Positions 27,016 to 35,916 of a stretch of 64,000 nucleotides of DNA are shown one piece after another (the first letter of the stretch is position 1; every line of letters starts with the position of its first letter). The stretch spans positions 175 through 64,174 of the forward strand of contig CANQWK010000006.1 of assembly GCA_947627545.1 (NCBI GenBank), given 5' to 3'. This DNA is from an uncultured Clostridia bacterium (lineage in GTDB: Bacteria > Bacillota > Clostridia > Christensenellales > UBA1242). Under the pieces are notes generated by a model. That model did no database searches and had not been told where the DNA came from. It saw only the letters and a program-made list of their open reading frames with translations. Position numbers and translations under genes: made by a program.

Positions 27016-27633
27016 ATGTCAAAAACTAAAAAGGTAACACCTTCCATTCAAGACACTGAAAAGGCGTATAAAGAGGGTTTAGAAGATAACTTAAGGAAAA
27101 GAAAACGCAAGCGTATAATATTGCGTATTGTTTTGCTTATGTTAATTTTGTTATTAGTTCTAGTTATTATTCTTGCTTTATCTTTAACAAGTTGCACAAA
27201 GGTAGAAAAAGAATTGGCTCTTGATATGTCCGTTTCTTCTTATGGGGTGGAAAACGGCCACGCCGAGCAACTGGGTAATACAAAAAAATATCGCTACGAG
27301 CGTGGCACCGAAACCGATGGAGTACAAAACATAGAATATCCTCCATTTAATTTAGATGTTGGCGTATATTTCCGCCTAGATTACAAAATTCATAATTTAA
27401 GTGAAATTACATATTCTTATGTTATAGATTTAACTAAACTAGAAATTTTTAACTGTGAAGTTACCTATTTTACAAATTTAACCGATGAAGAAGAAGTGTT
27501 CCCTGAAAGCAATATTTTAAGGTTGGCACATAATAAAGATTTTGAATTTTCTATTGTTATTAAAGTTAAAGATTATGATATTTCAACTGCTAATTGTAAA
27601 GGCGTTATTTCTTTCACAATAGAAATTATGTAA
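27016..27633 (+). CDS. Membrane-anchored, possibly lipoprotein, distant paralogue
   Basis: Charged N-terminus, RKRKRKR followed by a long TM ending LSLTSC; C-terminal beta pattern (LDYKIHN, YSYVID, FSIVIKV, KGVISFTI) resembles the paralogues. Confidence 0.55.
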   Translation: MSKTKKVTPSIQDTEKAYKEGLEDNLRKRKRKRIILRIVLLMLILLLVLVIILALSLTSCTKVEKELALDMSVSSYGVENGHAEQLGNTKKYRYERGTETDGVQNIEYPPFNLDVGVYFRLDYKIHNLSEITYSYVIDLTKLEIFNCEVTYFTNLTDEEEVFPESNILRLAHNKDFEFSIVIKVKDYDISTANCKGVISFTIEIM

Positions 27634-27641
27634 GGTGAAAA

Positions 27642-29207
27642 GTGAACAGCAATGGAGTTAACATAAATGTTGTTGAAAATGATAGTGTAAACCACTACAT
27701 GAAAGTAGCGGCTAAACTTTCTAAAAAATACAACAAAAAACGTAACATAAATGAATTGTTCTTAAAGCCAAAATCTCCTTTAAGAAGGGTTGTTTCATAC
27801 ATTTTAAACACTCTAAGCATTATTGTTTTTTGCTTCTGCTTATTGTTCTGCTTTAGTGCGGTGTATAATCGTGTGCAAAACATGCCACCTTCCATTGCTG
27901 GCTATTTCTGCATGCGGGTTAGTTCTGGCAGCATGGTAAACAGTGGCTTTGATAAGGGCGATGGCGTTATTGTTCGTTCGGTAGATGTTAAAACTCTTAA
28001 AGAGGGCGACATTATTGCTTTTTATAGCGATAGCACTTACATTAACGGCATTGATTATAACCTTACAAAAGTTTCATCTAACGACATTCCTAAAACTAAA
28101 TATTCGCTAACTTTAAAAAAGTTTTTTGGCATTCAGTCTAAAAAAGTTAAAACGGTTGCAAGCCGTAACCAAATGTTAGTGTTCCATCATATTAGAGAAG
28201 TTTATCAAGACGCCTCAGGCAAAAGATATTTTAAAACTTATGGCTCGTCTAACCTAAAAGATAAGCAAGGGGAGGTTGAGGACGATAACATTATTTTTGA
28301 TACAAACCTTGTTCAAGAAGACTTAGTTATTGGCATTTACAACAACAGCAAAACCGCTAAAACTATTGCATCTGTATTAAATGTTGTTTCAACTCCTTTT
28401 GGCATGCTTGTTGCTTTGTCTGTGCCTGTAATTATTTTAATTATATCTTTGCTATTAAACTCATTTAGAAATGTTCAATTGGCATTTTTGGAAAATGATG
28501 TTGTTGAAGAAAAACGCAAACTTACCGATGAAATTTGTGTTAAAAATGAAATTGGTTATAGAATGAGCACCAAAACCAAATATAAAGTGCTTGCTCAGGC
28601 ACCTGAAGATAAAAAACTTGAATATATCAATTTGTTGTGGAAAACCGACAATCGACCACAGAATATTCGCAAATATTATTTAAGAAAAAGCATAATTTTA
28701 AGGCCAATGCAAAAATTGCGTGATGTAAACCGCCAGTGTGAACAAATGTTTAAAGATAATGTTGACCCTAAGAAAATTGCAAAATTTTATATGGAAGAAA
28801 AAGCAAAAATTCAAGAAGAAGAAAAACGCTATAACAAAATGTTGAGAGATATTAGCCAAAAATCTAAACTTGAAAATAAAACTACTGCATTAGAGAACGG
28901 CACGGCAATTTTAAAACCTAAAACTGCAAATACAAAACAAGTAAAGGGTAAAGCGGACAGCACAAACACAGTTGTTAAAGCAAAAACAAATGCAAAACCT
29001 AAAACATCGGCAGCAAAGCAAAGTGCTAAATTGCCTACAAATAAAACTGATAAAAACAATGCTAGTGCAACAAAAACCAGCACAAAGCAAGTAAGTAACA
29101 GCAAAAAAACAACAGCTGCTAACAAAAAGGCAACAACCAACACAAAGGCAAACACTAACACAAATACAACAAATTCAAAAAAAACTGCCAAAAAATCTAG
29201 TAAATAA
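27642..29207 (+). CDS. SipW-type (S26, ER/archaeal-like) signal peptidase I fused to a C-terminal extension
   Basis: TM, then RVSSGSM, KGDGVIV, EGDIIAF, VFHHI, FKTYGSSN; second TM, helical domain and Lys/Thr/Ala/Asn-rich tail; GTG start. Confidence 0.8.
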   Translation: MNSNGVNINVVENDSVNHYMKVAAKLSKKYNKKRNINELFLKPKSPLRRVVSYILNTLSIIVFCFCLLFCFSAVYNRVQNMPPSIAGYFCMRVSSGSMVNSGFDKGDGVIVRSVDVKTLKEGDIIAFYSDSTYINGIDYNLTKVSSNDIPKTKYSLTLKKFFGIQSKKVKTVASRNQMLVFHHIREVYQDASGKRYFKTYGSSNLKDKQGEVEDDNIIFDTNLVQEDLVIGIYNNSKTAKTIASVLNVVSTPFGMLVALSVPVIILIISLLLNSFRNVQLAFLENDVVEEKRKLTDEICVKNEIGYRMSTKTKYKVLAQAPEDKKLEYINLLWKTDNRPQNIRKYYLRKSIILRPMQKLRDVNRQCEQMFKDNVDPKKIAKFYMEEKAKIQEEEKRYNKMLRDISQKSKLENKTTALENGTAILKPKTANTKQVKGKADSTNTVVKAKTNAKPKTSAAKQSAKLPTNKTDKNNASATKTSTKQVSNSKKTTAANKKATTNTKANTNTNTTNSKKTAKKSSK

Positions 29208-29220
29208 AACAAAATAACAA

Positions 29221-29247
29221 AAAATGGAAGGGCAAACCTTCCATTTT
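29221..29247. terminator. Bidirectional intrinsic terminator
   Basis: AAAATGGAAGG-GCAAA-CCTTCCATTTT. Confidence 0.85.
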
Positions 29248-29274
29248 TTATATTAAAAACCTTTAAGTTTTTTG

Positions 29275-29443
29275 TTATTTCAAATGCTTTTTCATAAAAT
29301 TTACTCTCGTTTCACTTCGAGTAATTTATTTCACTTTTCATAAAATTTACTCTCGTTTCACTTCGAGTAATTTATTTCACTTTTCATAAAATTTACTCTC
29401 GTTTCACTTCGAGTAAAAAATTATTTCAAATGCTTTTTCATAA
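29275..29443. repeat. 46-bp-period tandem array of a 24-nt hairpin, flanked by a duplicated 23-bp gene end
   Basis: TTACTCTCGTTTCACTTCGAGTAA at 29301, 29347 and 29393; TTATTTCAAATGCTTTTTCATAA at 29275-29297 and 29421-29443. Confidence 0.9.
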
Positions 29444-30227
29444 TTTTTTCGAACAATGCAACTGCAAAATACATCAATGCCGCCAACACGCACAATATTA
29501 CCGTCGCTGTCATTACTAAGTGCATGTTTGCTACTTGTTTTCCATAAGTCAATAAATACCCTAAACCAGCCTTGCTTACTAACATTTCGCCCATTATTGA
29601 GCCTATAAAACTTAGCCCAACGTTCACTTTTAGTGTCGATATTATATCTTTTAACGAATGTGGCAAAACTAGTTTGAAAAATATTTGATTTTTGCTAGCC
29701 CCTAGGCTTCTGCCTAGCGATATCAGTTGATTGTCGCAGCTTGTAAATGAATTTAATGTGTTTAATATTGTTACTATTATAACTATTAATATACACATAA
29801 ATATTATAGCTTTATCGCCCGCACCAAACCATATTATGATTATTGGCCCTAAGGCAATTTTTGGCAGCGAATTTAACACAACTAAATACGGCTCGCTTAC
29901 TCGCCTTAAAAAGTTGCTATACCACAACACATACGCCACCAAAAAGCCTACGCCTGTTGCTATTGCAAATCCAATAAGTGTTTCGTTTAAAGTTATTTTT
30001 GTGTGATAAAATAATTCTCCACTTTTATATAGTTCGCCAATTGTTTTTGCAATGCGTGAAGGACTTGAAAAGAAGAATGAACTTATAATTTCGTGTTTTG
30101 ATAGAAGTTCCCATCCTAACAAGAACACTACTAGCATTGCAATTTGAGTTATTAGCACTAGTGCTTTTATTGTTCTATGCTTTTTTAAATAGTCATAATG
30201 AGCTTTGCTAAATTTTTGATTTTTCAT
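29421..30227 (-). CDS. NitT/TauT-family ABC transporter permease
   Basis: FFFSSPSRI, NSLPKIALGPII and EAA-like loop; start likely ATG 30227, overlapping the ATPase end. Confidence 0.88.
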   Translation of the reverse strand: MKNQKFSKAHYDYLKKHRTIKALVLITQIAMLVVFLLGWELLSKHEIISSFFFSSPSRIAKTIGELYKSGELFYHTKITLNETLIGFAIATGVGFLVAYVLWYSNFLRRVSEPYLVVLNSLPKIALGPIIIIWFGAGDKAIIFMCILIVIIVTILNTLNSFTSCDNQLISLGRSLGASKNQIFFKLVLPHSLKDIISTLKVNVGLSFIGSIMGEMLVSKAGLGYLLTYGKQVANMHLVMTATVILCVLAALMYFAVALFEKIMKKHLK

Positions 30228-30978
30228 CTTGAATTTCCTGCCATATAGTGCTAAATAACTTTTTAGCTTTGCTTGAATTTCTTCGCTCAAATGGGGTAAG
30301 GGTTTTGTCAAAATCCAAATTATGAACCGATTTTATTTCTGCTGGACGCTTTGTTAAAACTATTATTTTATCCGACATGCTTATTGCTTCTTGAATATCA
30401 TGCGTTACCAAAATTGCCGTTTTGTTTTCGCCTTTTATTATGTTAAATATATCATCGCACAAATTAAGCCGTGTTTGATAGTCTAATGCACTAAAAGGCT
30501 CGTCAAGTAATAGCAATTCAGGCTTTAATGCAAGCGTTCTTATTAAAGCAACTCGCTGCCGCATGCCACCGCTTAGTTCATTTGGATATTTCTTTAAGAA
30601 ATCCTTTATTCCATATTTTTCTGCTAATTTTATTGCGTATTCTTTTTTCTCTTTGGTAAGTTGTTTCTTTATTTCTAAACCAAGAAAAATGTTTTTTTCT
30701 ATGTTTCGCCAAGGTAATAAATTGTCTCGTTGAAACATGTATCCGCACAGATTTTCTTTAGGGCTAGGTTTTTTATTGGCAACAACAACTTTCCCTGTTG
30801 TGGGCTTAATTAAACCCGCAATTAGCGATAGTATTGTTGTTTTGCCGCAACCAGATGGCCCTACAATTGAAACAAATTCTTGCTGTTCAATTTTAAAATT
30901 GACATTATTTATTGCAGATGTTTCATCTTTTATGCTTTGATAGTTTAAACTTAAATTTTCAACTTCAACAATGCTCAT
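30208..30978 (-). CDS. NitT/TauT-family ABC transporter ATPase
   Basis: GPSGCGKT, LSGGMRQR, LLLDEPF, VTHD. Confidence 0.93.
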   Translation of the reverse strand: MSIVEVENLSLNYQSIKDETSAINNVNFKIEQQEFVSIVGPSGCGKTTILSLIAGLIKPTTGKVVVANKKPSPKENLCGYMFQRDNLLPWRNIEKNIFLGLEIKKQLTKEKKEYAIKLAEKYGIKDFLKKYPNELSGGMRQRVALIRTLALKPELLLLDEPFSALDYQTRLNLCDDIFNIIKGENKTAILVTHDIQEAISMSDKIIVLTKRPAEIKSVHNLDFDKTLTPFERRNSSKAKKLFSTIWQEIQDEKSKI

Positions 30979-31995
30979 TTAAGCTACTTTTAAAGCAAAA
31001 CTTGTGTTTACAGCATCGTTCCAGGCAACTCGGCTGGTCAACTCGCCAGCGTTATCCATTATGTCTTGCAAAACATTCCAAGAACTTTCTTTAAGAACAA
31101 AGCTGCTTGCATAAGCTCCTATGCGAATATAATTTTTTACCGATGACACAATCAAATTGTCGCTTGTTGTGGAGAATGATGGCTTTAATGAAGCCACTAT
31201 TTCAGCATCTGTTCGGTTTGTGTCCACTAAATAATCATAACCTCTTTTTAATGCTCGCATAAATTTATCAATTTTATCGCTATTTTTGGTTATATATTTA
31301 GGGTTTGCAACAAAGCATGTGTATGGAACATCGCTAACTTCTTCGCCAAGTGCTGCAACTATAACCGCTTTTCCTAAGGCATCGTTTTCACTGGCCGAAG
31401 GGTCAAACATTGTTACATAATCGCCCGTGCCACTTAAAAATGTTGGAACTGTCATGTCAAACGGAACAGAAAAGTCAAATTTAACATCTACATCATCGCC
31501 AAGTTCATCGCCTAACTTTAAGTTGTAATTCCTTTCAAGAATATATTGTAAAGTCATTGCAGGCATACCACCTCGTCTGCCAGCTATAACATGCTTTCCT
31601 TTAAGATTTTGCCAACTAAAATTGTCGTTTTCGCCTGGTCTGCCCATTAAGAATGAACCGTCACACGCAGTTAGCTGTGCAATAATTACAGGTGCGTTTT
31701 TCATACCATTATTTCGCACAAATATTGTGCTTTCTGGACCCATTAAACCTATGTCGGCAGAATTCGATGTTAATGAGCTTAACACGGTGTCGCTTCCACC
31801 AGCATTTGTTAGGTCAATTTCTAAGCCTTCATCTTCAAAATAACCGTTGTTTATGGCTACATAAAGTGGAGCATAGAAGATTGAGTGTGTTACTTCACTA
31901 ATTCTAATTTTATTGCTATTAGAATTTCCGCAAGCGGAAAGAAGAATGGCAAATACACCCATAAAAATTACTAATAAAATAGAAATTTTTTTCAT
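30979..31995 (-). CDS. NitT/TauT-family substrate-binding lipoprotein (SsuA/THI5, YtlA-like)
   Basis: Lipobox LSAC; EVTHSIFYAPLYVA, GGSD, GRRGGMP. Confidence 0.88.
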   Translation of the reverse strand: MKKISILLVIFMGVFAILLSACGNSNSNKIRISEVTHSIFYAPLYVAINNGYFEDEGLEIDLTNAGGSDTVLSSLTSNSADIGLMGPESTIFVRNNGMKNAPVIIAQLTACDGSFLMGRPGENDNFSWQNLKGKHVIAGRRGGMPAMTLQYILERNYNLKLGDELGDDVDVKFDFSVPFDMTVPTFLSGTGDYVTMFDPSASENDALGKAVIVAALGEEVSDVPYTCFVANPKYITKNSDKIDKFMRALKRGYDYLVDTNRTDAEIVASLKPSFSTTSDNLIVSSVKNYIRIGAYASSFVLKESSWNVLQDIMDNAGELTSRVAWNDAVNTSFALKVA

Positions 31996-32043
31996 TCGTT
32001 CTCCTTTTAGAAAGTGCTATGTGGTTTAACACTTCCATATTGC

Positions 32044-32070
32044 ATACTATGAACGATAAACGTTTTTGTG
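32044..32070 (-). promoter_or_regulatory. Possible sigmaK-type (mother-cell) promoter of the ABC operon
   Basis: Minus strand CACA...CATAGTAT with AC-N16-CATAnnnT spacing. Confidence 0.35.
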
Positions 32071-32171
32071 ATAAATTACCTCAAAAATTTAAATTTTGCC
32101 TAAAAATAGTTGTAATTTTATTTGTTTTTTGTTAAAATATTAATTATAAGTTATATTTAAATGGAGAAGTT

Positions 32172-32711
32172 ATGTCTAAAAATGATAATTTTTTTAAAGT
32201 GTTGTTTGCAATAGAGTTAGCATTATTACCAATGGTGTTTTTTGCAAATATGTTTATGCCTAAATGGACAATTGGCTTGTTTATTGCAGGCATATTGCTT
32301 TCAAAGGTGTGGTTAGAGTTATTTAAAGATAAAAATAATAGAATTCATACAATTATAGATAGCCTTGGCAGCGTTGCAGTGTTTTCAACTTTAATTATTT
32401 TTTATTTAACAACAGATTATATAGCATTACCTTTAGGCATTTCAGTTATAATTCTTGTTGTTTTAATGAACCTTTTATTGCCAATTTTATTCAATAATTT
32501 AATGCCAGAATTTGTTGATGCAGTTGATTTTTGCTATATGTTGTTTGAATGCTTTACTTTGGCGGCCTTTACCTTTACCGCTTATTACACTTTAATTACC
32601 AACATAGGTTTATTTGCCTTATTATTAACATCGGCAGTTTCAGTAATTTATAAATTTTATTACCTTTTCCGCAGAATTGGCACAAATTCAAAAAATAAAC
32701 GTAAAAAATAA
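32172..32711 (+). CDS. Hypothetical multi-pass membrane protein
   Basis: 179 aa, mostly hydrophobic, basic C-terminus; GGAG SD. Confidence 0.7.
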   Translation: MSKNDNFFKVLFAIELALLPMVFFANMFMPKWTIGLFIAGILLSKVWLELFKDKNNRIHTIIDSLGSVAVFSTLIIFYLTTDYIALPLGISVIILVVLMNLLLPILFNNLMPEFVDAVDFCYMLFECFTLAAFTFTAYYTLITNIGLFALLLTSAVSVIYKFYYLFRRIGTNSKNKRKK

Positions 32712-32720
32712 AAAAGGGTA

Positions 32721-32749
32721 TTGACAAACTTTAAGTTGTGTGGTACAAT
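32721..32749 (+). promoter_or_regulatory. sigmaA promoter
   Basis: TTGACA-17 bp-TACAAT with upstream TG. Confidence 0.7.
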
Positions 32750-32767
32750 AGTTTAAGGAGATGAAAT

Positions 32768-33028
32768 ATGAACAATTTATTATCTTTTGTTAATCCACTA
32801 GAATTTTTGCTTCGTTATACAGTTATTATAGGTGTAATTTTAGCAATAATTGGCGTGGCAATTTTGTGCAGTGCAAAAAGAATAACAATGGCAAAAAGAA
32901 AACAAGACGAAATTAGCAAAAATGATTCATTCTATATGGCTTTAATAATTATTGGTGCTGGTTTAGTTATTGCTGGCATGATTGTTATGGTTTTGCCTAT
33001 AAGTGCAACTTTATATCCTGGCGTTTAA
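32768..33028 (+). CDS. Small two-TM membrane protein
   Basis: 86 aa with two hydrophobic segments; AAGGAG SD. Confidence 0.65.
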   Translation: MNNLLSFVNPLEFLLRYTVIIGVILAIIGVAILCSAKRITMAKRKQDEISKNDSFYMALIIIGAGLVIAGMIVMVLPISATLYPGV

Positions 33029-33029
33029 T

Positions 33030-33629
33030 ATGCAACATTATTTTATTGATAAACCTCATGCAGAAACTGATTTTTTTGAGTTTTCTGACACGGTTCTTGG
33101 TTATGAATTATGCTTTCGCAGTTGCGATAGCATTTTTTCAAATCATAAAATAGATGACGGTTCACGAGCCTTATTAAATGCTATTGCTAAAAATGAAGAA
33201 TTAGCAGGCTTTGGCTTAGATTTAGGCTGTGGATTAGGAGTTATAGGAATATCTTTAATTAAACATTTCGGCGTAAAAATGGAAATGATAGATATAAATA
33301 ACACGGCAGTTAACTTAACAAAACAAAATTTAATAAAAAATAATGTGCAACACAGTGCAATTGCATATTATAGCGATGGATTTAAAAACATAAATAATAA
33401 TTATGATTTTATTGTTACAAATCCACCTATAAAAACAGGAAAAGTTTTATTATTTGACCTTATGGAAGGAGCATTTAATCATTTAAAACAAAATGCACCT
33501 TTAATTTTAGTTATTCGCAAAAATCATGGAATGGAAAGCCTAAAAAAACACTTAATTGAACTATTTGATAATTGCGAAATAATAGCACGAGATAAGGGAT
33601 ATTACATTTTAAAATCAATAAAAAAATAA
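33030..33629 (+). CDS. Class I SAM-dependent methyltransferase (RsmC/MTS, YbxB-like)
   Basis: IFSNHKIDDGS, LDLGCGLG, NPPIKTG; ATG 33030 follows the previous stop directly. Confidence 0.88.
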   Translation: MQHYFIDKPHAETDFFEFSDTVLGYELCFRSCDSIFSNHKIDDGSRALLNAIAKNEELAGFGLDLGCGLGVIGISLIKHFGVKMEMIDINNTAVNLTKQNLIKNNVQHSAIAYYSDGFKNINNNYDFIVTNPPIKTGKVLLFDLMEGAFNHLKQNAPLILVIRKNHGMESLKKHLIELFDNCEIIARDKGYYILKSIKK

Positions 33630-33716
33630 GCGTATTGCCTATTTTTTTGTTTATAGTTTTATTTTGTTTGAAAAATTAATTATTTTTTGATATAATTATA
33701 TCAATTGGAGATTTTA

Positions 33717-35687
33717 ATGAAAATTTTATATGAATTTTTAATAGGGGTTGAGCCAGAAGATGTAGTAAATGGAAGGGTGGAAATTCCTAAAGGCATTTCC
33801 TCTATATCTAGCTATGCATTTTATGAAATTCCAGGGCTAGAATATTTGGAATTGCCCGAAGGTATTACGGAAATAAAAGAAAGCGCAATTACTGATTGTC
33901 CAGATTTAAAATATGTAAAAATTCCTGGTAGTTTAAAAGTATTGAATTTTTTTAATATTCGTAATTGTCCTAATTTAACAAAAATAGATTTAGGAGAAGG
34001 TTTAACTGAATTTTCATTTTCTGCGTTAGAAGAACTTCCAAATTTACAAGAAATAAACTTTCCCAAATCGTTAGTTGAACTAAATTATTTCGATTTGGCT
34101 TTTGATTTTTTTGATTCCTTACATACCATAAAAATACCATATAGTTTAAAATTGATGAAACAAACGAATATCAAAGGCAAAATTTACATTAAAAGGGTTC
34201 AAGATGGATATATTTTAACTGATAAAGAAATAGAAAATGCTGATTTTTCATTTCAGAACGAAAATGTGGATTTTTTACCATTTTTAATGAATACTTTAGA
34301 TAATTTAGAAGTTTCAAAACAAATTAGAAGTGATATTTTTAAAAGCAATAAAAGAGAAGAATATGTTAGTCTTTACTCTGCTCTTTATAAACTTATGTCT
34401 AAGGAACAATTTGAAAATTTTGTTTTAACAAAAAATTCCAAATTTTTTGAAAAATTAGATTTAAAATCTATAGGATTTACAGATGGCTATAATAACGAGG
34501 ATTTATCCATTTTTTTCTATAATCTTGGTTTATTTCAGCCTACAATAGTAGAGGAAAGAGTTAGTAAAAGTGGCAACATAATAAATAAAGAAGTTAATTA
34601 TGCTCAAATAGTTGGCGAATGGTTAAAAGAAAAAATGTTAAATCGCACAATAATGCAATTAATAAATAGTTCGAGATTAGAAAAAATGAAATTGCAAGGT
34701 TTTAAGCCTGAATTTACCAAATTTTTGTTAGATAAAAACAACTTTGCTGAAATGATGCAACAAGAAATGTTAGAACATGGCTTTATAATTAAATGTTATA
34801 ATTGTTTTGAAGAAATTCAGGCAACAAATACTTCAAACAAAGGCAGTCAGCACCAATTAAAACCAACAGTTAAAAAATTTATACACTTTTTTATGAAAAA
34901 TAAATTTTCAGGCATCACCGAAGATAATCTTCCTATTGCAGAAACAATTTCTCCATATTTTGATGAACAAGAAGATTTTGACAATGCTGTTAGCATAATG
35001 AAGGAAAAAGAGGAATTAAAAACGCCTAACAATATAATAGCAGAACCGCAAATAGAAGATGGAAATTTTGATTCAATTGATGAATATATAAAAGAAGTGG
35101 AAAGTTCGCTAAAAGATTTACTTTCAAATTTAATAGATATTGCGGTTAAAGAATTTACTTTTGAATGGCTTGCGAAAAATGACCCTACAAATTTAATTCT
35201 TGGCAAACTGTGTTCGTGTTGTGCCCATTTGGCTGGTGCAGGTTACGGAATTATGCATGCAAGTATAGTTCATCCAGATGTACAAAATTTGGTTATAAGA
35301 GATAAAACTGGTAAAATAATAGCAAAATCTACTTTGTTTGTTAATAGAAAACAAGGTTATGGGGTTTGCAATAATGTTGAAATAGACGAAGACGTTCCAG
35401 ACGAAGATAAGCAAAAAATTTATGATAAAATAAAAGAAGCAATTAAATTATTTGCTGAAAAATATAACAGTAAATATCCAGACATTCCTTTGCAACAAAT
35501 AAATGTAGGAATGAACAATAATGACTTAGAAGAACTTATTATTAGCAAAGACAAAGAATCTGAAAAATTATTACAAGCATTAAATTATGGGGAATATGGC
35601 ATTTACAATCAAACATACGAAGGCGATAGTTCGGAAAGCCAATATGTGCTTTGGGAAAAAGGAGTAACAGATGAATTTGGAGTGTAG
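33717..35687 (+). CDS. BspA-type LRR protein with an uncharacterised C-terminal CSCC-motif domain
   Basis: N-terminal repeats (IPKGISSISSYAF, LPEGITEIKESA, IPGSLKV, LGEGLTE, FPKSLVE); C-terminal LGKLCSCCAH...NLVIRD...AKSTL...NNVE; no signal peptide. Confidence 0.7.
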   Translation: MKILYEFLIGVEPEDVVNGRVEIPKGISSISSYAFYEIPGLEYLELPEGITEIKESAITDCPDLKYVKIPGSLKVLNFFNIRNCPNLTKIDLGEGLTEFSFSALEELPNLQEINFPKSLVELNYFDLAFDFFDSLHTIKIPYSLKLMKQTNIKGKIYIKRVQDGYILTDKEIENADFSFQNENVDFLPFLMNTLDNLEVSKQIRSDIFKSNKREEYVSLYSALYKLMSKEQFENFVLTKNSKFFEKLDLKSIGFTDGYNNEDLSIFFYNLGLFQPTIVEERVSKSGNIINKEVNYAQIVGEWLKEKMLNRTIMQLINSSRLEKMKLQGFKPEFTKFLLDKNNFAEMMQQEMLEHGFIIKCYNCFEEIQATNTSNKGSQHQLKPTVKKFIHFFMKNKFSGITEDNLPIAETISPYFDEQEDFDNAVSIMKEKEELKTPNNIIAEPQIEDGNFDSIDEYIKEVESSLKDLLSNLIDIAVKEFTFEWLAKNDPTNLILGKLCSCCAHLAGAGYGIMHASIVHPDVQNLVIRDKTGKIIAKSTLFVNRKQGYGVCNNVEIDEDVPDEDKQKIYDKIKEAIKLFAEKYNSKYPDIPLQQINVGMNNNDLEELIISKDKESEKLLQALNYGEYGIYNQTYEGDSSESQYVLWEKGVTDEFGV

Positions 35688-35916
35688 AAACGAGTATATT
35701 AGAATTTTGCAAACAATTGAAGATTTAATTAAAAGGTCTGAAAAGTTTAATGAACAAACTGCTAAATTAAAAGAATTATACAATAAAGCACCAGATAATA
35801 AAGCATTGTTAGAATTAATTAAAATTCAAGAAGAAAATTATAAAAAATTAATTAAACAATTAAAAGAAACAAAAGAAAGGGCTTTAAAACTAAAAGATAG
35901 CACTAAAAATGGTTAA
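35671..35916 (+). CDS. Small coiled-coil hypothetical protein
   Basis: 81 aa, Lys/Glu/Leu-rich, overlaps the upstream stop; AAAGGAG upstream. Confidence 0.6.
   Translation: MNLECRNEYIRILQTIEDLIKRSEKFNEQTAKLKELYNKAPDNKALLELIKIQEENYKKLIKQLKETKERALKLKDSTKNG

Noticed and set aside
28829-29212. 127-aa hydrophobic minus-strand ORF
   Set aside because: Antisense of the Lys/Thr/Asn-rich tail; its Phe/Val/Leu richness is the expected mirror of A-rich codons.
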